Source of the DNA: an uncultured Candidatus Saccharibacteria bacterium
Lineage (GTDB): Bacteria > Patescibacteriota > Minisyncoccia > Phycocordibacterales > UBA12088
Assembly (NCBI GenBank): GCA_964567265.1
Contig: CAZMLK010000001.1
Coordinates: 395,723-459,722, forward strand
DNA: 64,000 nucleotides
Direction of reading: 5' to 3'
Made by a program: the position numbers and the translations under genes. This document shows positions 57,725 to 64,000 of this stretch, in pieces (positions within the stretch are counted from its first letter, which is position 1; each line of letters begins with the position of its first letter). The notes under the pieces are model-generated. The model ran no database searches and was not told the DNA's origin. It saw only the letters and a program-made list of their open reading frames with translations.

Positions 57725-58000
57725 CTATTCAATCGGGTCGACCGTGTCCACAAGCGCGGCTTCAAGGCTTACGATGCGCTCCCACGCATCCTTGTTACTC
57801 GCGGAGAGCGCGAGCATCTTCGCGGCGAAGGTCGCCTGGATGAACGGGATCACCCATGGATCCTTCTCGAACAGGTCCTTGAGGTGATCGAGCGTCTCGG
57901 CATCCTGTCCTGATTTGATCAACTCGAAGAGCATCTCCTTCTCATCCTCAAGGAGCGGGGATGTATCAATTGATTTCTTGATAGAGTCCAGCGTTTTCAT
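57725..58000 (-). CDS. Small helical hypothetical protein, cassette gene B1
   Basis: 91 aa. It is a paralogue of 58746..59045, sharing IKKSID.S.LL..EKE.L...I..G...ET...L..L.E..PW......T.AAK.LA motifs. Confidence 0.5.
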   Translation of the reverse strand: MKTLDSIKKSIDTSPLLEDEKEMLFELIKSGQDAETLDHLKDLFEKDPWVIPFIQATFAAKMLALSASNKDAWERIVSLEAALVDTVDPIE

Positions 58001-58006
58001 ACAGTG

Positions 58007-58336
58007 CTATTGGAAATCAGCCGCGTTGATTTCGAGAGATTGCTCGCCTCCGAGCTTGGCAGCGACGAGCGATACCGGGTTCCCGTCCGCGTCGACGACG
58101 TAAGTAATCGTGACTTCGCGCCCCCCGTACGTGACGACACGCTCCGCGGTCTCTCTGCCGAACTCGAATCCACTGCTCCGCTCTGCTGCAGGAGCCGTGA
58201 GCGCCCGAAGGAGCGAGGTGAGTGCTGCGCGTTCAGGCTCGCCTTCATGCAACCCGAGCACTTCTGCTTCCGCGACCTCAAGCATGGCGGGGTCGAATTC
58301 GTTTGAATATGGGATTCCCTCTTTCATAGCGGACAT
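58007..58336 (-). CDS. Hypothetical protein, cassette gene A1
   Basis: 109 aa. Its N-terminal MKEGIPYSNEF resembles MHEGIPNEIP of 59029..59508. It ends 7 nt before B1. Confidence 0.45.
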   Translation of the reverse strand: MSAMKEGIPYSNEFDPAMLEVAEAEVLGLHEGEPERAALTSLLRALTAPAAERSSGFEFGRETAERVVTYGGREVTITYVVDADGNPVSLVAAKLGGEQSLEINAADFQ

Positions 58337-58469
58337 AGTACCAGTATCTCGGAATACTAGCGAACCGGATTTTCACCTGCAAGGTTCATGAAAAAAGCGC
58401 GGCCGGATTGACAGCACTCTTGAAAAACGTTTTTATCGCATATGGAACTTGTACGGAGGAGGTGTGTAA

Positions 58470-58687
58470 TGCGAATCCACGAACTGCCGGTGCCGACAAC
58501 TCCACATGTAGACACTATTCCCTCATCGGATTGTGGTCCTGGCGACGACGAAGGCTTGCTACGCCGGGATCCGAGCCAGTGCGATCATCTCTGGATACCA
58601 ACCACCGACGACGGCACGGAAGGCTGCCCGTTCTGCAGTTCTCAGAGGCGTGGAGAGCCGGTGATGGAAGTGCCCGACGAGAGATAG
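58470..58687 (+). CDS. Small Cys-containing hypothetical protein (72 aa)
   Basis: GGAGGAGG 6 nt upstream of the ATG. Four Cys residues, including a C-terminal CxxC (GCPFC). It lies between the two cassettes on the opposite strand. Confidence 0.4.
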
Positions 58688-58745
58688 AGAGTATTCGAGG
58701 ACCATTCACCGCTCCCAGGGGGCGGTGTTTTCTTTTTGGAAAATG

Positions 58746-59045
58746 TTATTCGATGCTCGCGACCAGGTTCCGCTCGAATTCGAGGATGCGCATGAGCGCG
58801 TCGGAGTTCTCGTTCTCGATCGCAAGCGACTTCGCGGCGAGCGTCATGAACAGGGTCGAGACCATCCACGGATGCGCTTCGAGAAGTGCGGCGAGATCGG
58901 CGAGATACGTCTCTTCCAAATCGCCTTCAGTGAGCGCGACCAGCAAGGCCTCCTTCTCGTGCGGCAGGAGCTGCGACTCGTCTATGCTTTTCTTGATGCG
59001 TGCCTTTGGTTCCATGCAAATGTTGCCCTTAGACGAATGCAGCAA
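58746..59045 (-). CDS. Small helical hypothetical protein, cassette gene B2
   Basis: 99 aa. Paralogue of B1. Confidence 0.5.
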   Translation of the reverse strand: MLHSSKGNICMEPKARIKKSIDESQLLPHEKEALLVALTEGDLEETYLADLAALLEAHPWMVSTLFMTLAAKSLAIENENSDALMRILEFERNLVASIE

Positions 59046-59508
59046 GATCGAGGACCATGTCCGGCATACCCACGCGCTTCACGACAATCTTCTCCGTCGC
59101 TTCGCCGCCGTCATCGGAAGCGAGCACGGTATGCTCGACCTGCGTTCCATCTTGATATTCCTGCTCGAGCGCGCTGTGGCGCTGATTGCCACCACCAAAC
59201 GCTTTCCTCAGTACGGGCGCGAGATTGATGCGGGTTGTCCTTCCGGGAATGTAATTCGGATTCTCCTTGTAATGCGTCACTGCTGGGCGGGATTCGAACG
59301 AGGATTTATATTCCACATGCATGCCGGTGCAGGCGCTGGTCATGAGCGCGAGCGCGCCAGCTGCCGCCAGCTTCAGCTTTGAATTGCCATGTTCCGCGAG
59401 ATTGGCCTCGCCTTCTGAAAAGTGCGCGAACGATTCCGTGAACGGACCTCTCTCGACATCAGACACTTCCGCTTCAATCGGTATTTCGTTTGGGATCCCT
59501 TCGTGCAT
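59029..59508 (-). CDS. Hypothetical protein, cassette gene A2
   Basis: 159 aa with an internal hydrophobic LKLAAAGALALMTSACTGM segment. It overlaps B2 by 17 nt. Confidence 0.45.
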   Translation of the reverse strand: MHEGIPNEIPIEAEVSDVERGPFTESFAHFSEGEANLAEHGNSKLKLAAAGALALMTSACTGMHVEYKSSFESRPAVTHYKENPNYIPGRTTRINLAPVLRKAFGGGNQRHSALEQEYQDGTQVEHTVLASDDGGEATEKIVVKRVGMPDMVLDLAAFV

Positions 59509-59521
59509 GATGTGTTCTCAA

Positions 59522-60826
59522 TTATGCGCACATCCTCGTGCGTTCTATATGAACGCCGATCGATCGGAGGCGTGCCTCGATGTTCGCGTATCCTCGGTCG
59601 ATGAAGTACGCGTTATTAATAGTCGAATTCCCTTTCGCTATGATACCGGCGATCAGGAACGCGAGTCCAGCGCGGATGTCCGGGCCGTCGACTTCCCTTC
59701 CCTTAAGGAGCGTTGGGCCCTTCACGGTCGCGCGGTGCGCATCCCATACCTTTATGTCGGCGCCCATGTGGACCAGATCCTGCGCGTAGTTGAGGCGATT
59801 CTCGTAGATCGTCTCGAACACCAGCCCCTCGCCGCTCGACTGCGTGAGGAACACCGTCATCGGCGCCTGGAGGTCGGTCGGGAATCCCGGATACTCATGC
59901 GTTTTCAAATCGAAGGAAGTAAAGTCCGAATTCGCAATCTTCCCGTTCCCGCTAATCTGAATGAAGTCGGCACCAATCTCCATCGGGACGCTGGCACTCT
60001 GGAGTGTCCGAATCACGCTCCACGCGTGATTCGGATTGCAGTTCGAAATCCGAAGATTGTCGGCCGCAAGCGCACCGAGGACGAGGAAGCTCCCCAGCTC
60101 AATGCGATCAGGAATAATGCGGTACTGCTTTCCCTCCGATTTCAGAAGCGCGCCGCCTTCGATCTCGATGGTCGGCGAACCAGCGCCGGTGATCTTGGCG
60201 CCACAGGAGTTCAGAAATTCAGCGAGGTCGGCAATCTCCGGCTCCATCGCCGCATTCCGAAGCGTGGTCTTCCCTTCTGCGAGCACTGCGGCAAGCATGA
60301 GCGCTTCGGTTGCGGTTACGCTCATTACCGTAAAAAATATATCAGCTCCGCGGAGCTTGCCGTCTTTCGCGGCAATCTCGTAGTGAGAATCATGTGTGGT
60401 AATCGTCGCACCCATCGCTTTGTACGCGGACAGGAAGAGATCGATCGGCCGCGGACCGATGACACACCCGCCTGGATGTGGAAAAGAGACTTTGCCGAAG
60501 CGGCCAAGAAGGGGTCCGGTCAAGATCACAGAAGCGCGCATGCGCTTGGCGGCGTCCGCATCGATGACGGTCTCGAACAAATCCTCCGTTGCAACCTCGA
60601 TGGTATCTCCCGATTGCGTGGTTCCTGCGCCGAGCTTTTCAAGAATCTCTCCCATCCGCTTCACATCCTCGATTACGGGAACATTCGTGAGTGTGAGCGT
60701 GTCCGAAAAAACGATTGCTGAAGCGAGCGCCGGAAGTACCGAATTCTTTGCGCCGCCGATCACCACTTCACCGGATAGGGTCTTCTCACCACCGAGGCCA
60801 GTGATATGGAATGATTCTTTGTTCAT
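59522..60826 (-). CDS. murA: UDP-N-acetylglucosamine 1-carboxyvinyltransferase
   Basis: MNKESFHITGLGGEKTLSGEVVIGGAKNSVLP... EPSP synthase fold. Start re-set (the listed ORF has a 32-codon extension). Confidence 0.9.
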   Translation of the reverse strand: MNKESFHITGLGGEKTLSGEVVIGGAKNSVLPALASAIVFSDTLTLTNVPVIEDVKRMGEILEKLGAGTTQSGDTIEVATEDLFETVIDADAAKRMRASVILTGPLLGRFGKVSFPHPGGCVIGPRPIDLFLSAYKAMGATITTHDSHYEIAAKDGKLRGADIFFTVMSVTATEALMLAAVLAEGKTTLRNAAMEPEIADLAEFLNSCGAKITGAGSPTIEIEGGALLKSEGKQYRIIPDRIELGSFLVLGALAADNLRISNCNPNHAWSVIRTLQSASVPMEIGADFIQISGNGKIANSDFTSFDLKTHEYPGFPTDLQAPMTVFLTQSSGEGLVFETIYENRLNYAQDLVHMGADIKVWDAHRATVKGPTLLKGREVDGPDIRAGLAFLIAGIIAKGNSTINNAYFIDRGYANIEARLRSIGVHIERTRMCA

Positions 60827-60866
60827 GTCGGAACAATTGTACGGGCAGGCGAGACTTGGCACAAAT

Positions 60867-60903
60867 CGCCCGCCGGTTGGGCCCTTGGCCCAACCGGCGG
60901 GCG
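60867..60903. repeat. 17-bp perfect palindrome (hairpin) in the murA/priA divergent intergenic region
   Basis: CGCCCGCCGGTTGGGCC-ctt-GGCCCAACCGGCGGGCG, about 40 nt upstream of the murA start codon. Confidence 0.5.
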
Positions 60904-61255
60904 TCCCTTGCACTATCCCCACACTTGTTGCCTAAACCGCTCTATGCTACATTGACGACGTAGCAGACAACGGAGGTATGCTCATTATGTTGAGCTTGCG
61001 GTCGACTTATCGTGCCGATACCCACCTCCCCTCGAAGGAGACCGATTTCGTCCAGGAAGCCCTGGATATTCCACCGAGAGACCCGCTCTTCGATCATCCA
61101 ATCGGCGATTAACGCTAATCGCCCCACGCCGACCCGCACTCGTGCGGGTCTCACCTAGAGGGTGAACGGGCTCTGTTTCTCCCCGTTCAAAGCCTTCGGC
61201 CCTGCTGACCCATTTTTGGTCAGCAGGGCTTTCTACTTTCAGGTATGCTAGGAAG

Positions 61256-63154
61256 ATGCGCCTTTTGCACGTCTATCCCATCTCAAGGGGTATCGCCAAG
61301 GATGAACTGACCTATTTCACGTCAATCGAGGCGGCGCCCGGTTCGATTGTCTCTGTCCCGCTCCGCTCGAAGACCATCCCCGCGCTCATCATCTCCTCCG
61401 AGGACGTGAGCGACGCGCGCGCCGAGCTCCGGCAATCCGATTTCGCGCTCCGGAAGATCGCGGCCCGTTCAGCGCGCGCGCTCTTCTTCCCCGCCTACGT
61501 CGATGCGATCCTGAGGTCGGCTGAATACTATGCGGCCGCGCCCGGCGCGCTCTTCGCTGCGACCATCCCCTCGACCCTTTTCAAGGAACCCTTGAAGCTC
61601 TCGCTTCCCGAAAAAATCCTTGAGAGCAGGACGGGCGGCGTCATCGGCGAGAAGCTGATCTTCCAGGGCGGCCCGACCGAGCGCCTCGAGCATCATAAGA
61701 ATCTCGTACGGGAAGAATTCGCGCGGAACCGCTCCGTATTCATCCTCGTGCCGACCGTGCGCGACCTCGAGCGGCTGGATGTATTCCTTTCCCGCGGCAT
61801 TCCTGACTTCGTCTTCGCACTCCATGGCTCGCTTCCGGAAAAGGAAATGCGCGCGCGCTGGAACAAGGCGGTGACCCTCGACCATCCCGTCGTCATCATC
61901 GGGACGGGATCATTCCTCTCGATTCCCCGCTCTGACATCGGCACCATCATCGTCGAGCGCGAGAGCGCAGGCTCGTACAAAGCGATGTCGCGCCCGTTCA
62001 CCGACATGCGCGTCGTCGCTGAGCGTCTGGCAGAAGCCCTCCACGCACGGTTCATCCTTGCGGATCTGCCGCTCCGGGTCGAGAGCGTCCACCGCTTCCG
62101 CGTCGGCGATTTCGACGAGCGCACGCCGATCCGCACGCGCGCCGTGGCCACCGCCGAGGCGACGCTCGTCGACATGCGGGAGGAGAAATCACCAGACAAG
62201 AAGGAGAAGTTCGTCGTGCTCAGCCAGACACTGATCAATGGAATCAAGGAGACCCTCGCGGCAAAAGAGAATGTCTTCCTCTTCACGGTGCGCCGCGGCA
62301 TGTCCCCCCTCACCGTCTGCGAGGACTGCGGGAACACGGTGCTCTGCGACGTCACGAAGACGCCGGTCACGCTCCACAAGGGGCCGAAAGGAAATGTCTT
62401 CGTCTGCCATTCCTGCGGCGCGATCCGTCCGGGCGACGAGCGCTGCCGGTTCTGCAATTCGTGGCGCCTGCAGTCGCTGGGCATCGGGAGCCAATTCGTT
62501 GAAGAGTTGGTGCGGAAGACCTTTCCAGAAGCAGAACTTTTTGCAATCGACCGCGATCGCACGAAAACCCATCGCGAAGCGACGAAGGTGGGCGAGAAAT
62601 TTGCCGCCGCGGAAGGAGCGATTCTCCTTGGTACAGAGATGGCGCTTCCGTATCTCCCTGACACCGTGGCACTCGCCGGCGTCGTCTCCATCGATTCCCT
62701 GCTCTCGCTTCCCGAATGGAACGCGTTCGAGCGCGTGTTTGGCATCATCACGCGCCTCCGGAGCGCAGCATCGAAGAAGCTGATCCTCCAGAGCCGGAAG
62801 ACCGAAGCCGATGTGCTCGAGTTCGCGCTTCGCGGCAATACCAGCGATTTTTATAAGGGCGAGCTCGATGCGCGGAAACAGTTCGGCTATCCGCCGTTCA
62901 CGATGTTCATAAAGATCACTTGCGAGGGAACTGCGGCCAAGGCATCATCCGACATGAAAGACGTCGAGAACGCATTCGAGCCCTATGGTTTCAGCGGCCG
63001 TTCGCACCTCATGCATACCGGCAAAGGCCGCTACGTGGTCCACGGATTCCTCCGCATCCCCAAGAAGGACTGGCCGAATCCAGAAATTGTTTCACTGCTC
63101 CGCTCCCTTCCCCCGCATATCACGGTCACTGTTGACCCTGACAGTATTTTGTAG
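61256..63154 (+). CDS. priA: Primosomal protein N' (PriA) homologue with degenerate helicase motifs
   Basis: Colinear with PriA, including the Cys-rich zinc-binding insert (CEDCGNTVLC...CHSCG...CRFC). Motif I reads GGPTERLE instead of G.GSGKT, and motif II reads VERES instead of DEEH. Confidence 0.7.
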   Translation: MRLLHVYPISRGIAKDELTYFTSIEAAPGSIVSVPLRSKTIPALIISSEDVSDARAELRQSDFALRKIAARSARALFFPAYVDAILRSAEYYAAAPGALFAATIPSTLFKEPLKLSLPEKILESRTGGVIGEKLIFQGGPTERLEHHKNLVREEFARNRSVFILVPTVRDLERLDVFLSRGIPDFVFALHGSLPEKEMRARWNKAVTLDHPVVIIGTGSFLSIPRSDIGTIIVERESAGSYKAMSRPFTDMRVVAERLAEALHARFILADLPLRVESVHRFRVGDFDERTPIRTRAVATAEATLVDMREEKSPDKKEKFVVLSQTLINGIKETLAAKENVFLFTVRRGMSPLTVCEDCGNTVLCDVTKTPVTLHKGPKGNVFVCHSCGAIRPGDERCRFCNSWRLQSLGIGSQFVEELVRKTFPEAELFAIDRDRTKTHREATKVGEKFAAAEGAILLGTEMALPYLPDTVALAGVVSIDSLLSLPEWNAFERVFGIITRLRSAASKKLILQSRKTEADVLEFALRGNTSDFYKGELDARKQFGYPPFTMFIKITCEGTAAKASSDMKDVENAFEPYGFSGRSHLMHTGKGRYVVHGFLRIPKKDWPNPEIVSLLRSLPPHITVTVDPDSIL

Positions 63155-63195
63155 GGCCATTCCCCGAATACGAAAAATTGGCTAGAATCCTCCAT

Positions 63196-63744
63196 ATGAC
63201 CCCAAAGATAGTCCAGAAGGGCGACCCCGTGCTCGGAAAGAAAGCAGCCGAGGTCCCCATTTCCGAGATCACCTCGAAAAAGATCAAGAAGATCGTCGCC
63301 GACATGAAGGCGGCGCTTTCGAAGGAAGCGGATGGCGCGGCGATCGCCGCGCCGCAGATCGGGCACTCGCTCCGCATTTTCGTTGTGTCCGGCCGCATCC
63401 TCGCGAAGGACGATGGCAGCGAGGGCGTCGCTCCCGACATCACCTTCATCAACCCCGTCATTACCAAGCTCTCGAAGACCAAGAAGCCGCTCGACGAGGG
63501 CTGCCTCTCGGTCCGCGGCTACTATGGCATCATCGAGCGCTCGACCAAGGCGACCGTGAAAGCCTATGACGAGTGGGGCAAATCGTTCATGCGCGGCGGC
63601 AGCGGCCTCTTGGCGCAGGTGTTCCAGCACGAATGCGACCACCTCGATGGAATCCTTTTTGTCGAGAAGGCGAAGGATTTCTGGCTCGTTCCTGCCGAAA
63701 CCAAGGGCGGTAAGACGAAGAAATCCGCCGAAAAAAAGAAATGA
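63196..63744 (+). CDS. def: Peptide deformylase
   Basis: G(C)LS (EGCLSV) and HExxH (QHECDHLDG) motifs. The start may be 18 nt earlier, at 63178. Confidence 0.85.
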   Translation: MTPKIVQKGDPVLGKKAAEVPISEITSKKIKKIVADMKAALSKEADGAAIAAPQIGHSLRIFVVSGRILAKDDGSEGVAPDITFINPVITKLSKTKKPLDEGCLSVRGYYGIIERSTKATVKAYDEWGKSFMRGGSGLLAQVFQHECDHLDGILFVEKAKDFWLVPAETKGGKTKKSAEKKK

Positions 63745-64000
63745 TGAAGAATCTCAAAATCGTCTTCTTCGGATCGCCGCCCCTTGCGCAGATTACGCTT
63801 AAAGAATTGAAAGAAGCCGGGATCCTTCCGGTACTCATCGTCACGATGCCGGACGCGAGCGAGGGGCGGCGCGGCGAAGCGCTTCCCGCTCCGATCCGCC
63901 TCTGGGCGGAAGCGGAAGGTATCGACCTCCTCCAGCCCACTGATATCAATGACGAAGCGCTCCAGGACGCGCTCCGGAATACAGAATGGGACCTCTTCGT
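63741..64000 (+). CDS. fmt: Methionyl-tRNA formyltransferase, N-terminal fragment (continues beyond the window)
   Basis: MMKNLKIVFFGSPPLAQITLKEL... is a typical Fmt N-terminus. The start overlaps the def stop (ATGA), giving the conserved def-fmt order. Confidence 0.75.
   Translation, partial: MMKNLKIVFFGSPPLAQITLKELKEAGILPVLIVTMPDASEGRRGEALPAPIRLWAEAEGIDLLQPTDINDEALQDALRNTEWDLF

Noticed and set aside
60942-61154. Listed 70-aa ORF, and a possible tmRNA tag-like end (...YVVNVA) in the murA/priA spacer
   Set aside because: The ORF starts at a non-ATG codon and overlaps strong palindromes. No tmRNA hallmarks are present (no 5' GGGG, tRNA-like T-arm, or CCA end). The hairpins are better treated as a possible structured region; see findings.

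Overview
This 64-kb window comes from a high-GC (about 58-60%) bacterial chromosome. It is gene-dense, with most genes on the minus strand, and it looks Patescibacteria/CPR-like (Parcubacteria-type). That impression rests on a class I lysyl-tRNA synthetase, a PriA homologue with degenerate helicase motifs, split rplU and rpmA, many compact genes ended by strong GC hairpins, and several huge secreted wall-associated proteins.

Recognisable housekeeping genes: gltX (3' end), an M23 peptidase, gdhA, a LOG-family protein, rpmA, rplI, rplU, ctpA, corA, cysS, dnaB, recR, rmuC, a Ca/Mg P-type ATPase, and a GatB/YqeY protein. There is a complete dcw cluster (mraZ-rsmH-ftsL-ftsI-murF) and a mre cluster (mreB-mreC-mreD-mrdA). 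Also present are lysK (class I), greA, proS, rseP, frr, holB, murA, priA, def, fmt (5' end), and one tRNA-Glu(CUC). No rRNA, CRISPR, or transposase genes were seen.

Accessory-looking regions:
- 23.3-30.6 kb: three large signal-peptide proteins (an SGNH hydrolase, a parallel beta-helix protein with peptidoglycan-binding domains, and an RlpA-like DPBB protein). Two of them share seven copies of an unassigned ~90-aa repeat domain joined by Thr/Gly linkers.
- 30.6-33.25 kb: a small island around tRNA-Glu, between the wall-protein cluster and the dcw operon. It holds a low-GC orphan gene and three small ORFan genes that carry their own promoter, RBS, and terminator signals.
- 52-56.6 kb: an operon-like trio of an MreB paralogue, a membrane protein, and a 936-aa TraD/VirD4-like ATPase.
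- 57.7-59.5 kb: a tandemly duplicated two-gene cassette of unknown function.
- 56.6-57.7 kb: a low-GC pair of small genes that share a duplicated terminator.

The ORF track translates GTG/TTG starts as M, so several listed ORFs carry spurious N-terminal extensions. Starts were re-assigned where a conserved N-terminus or an RBS supported it.
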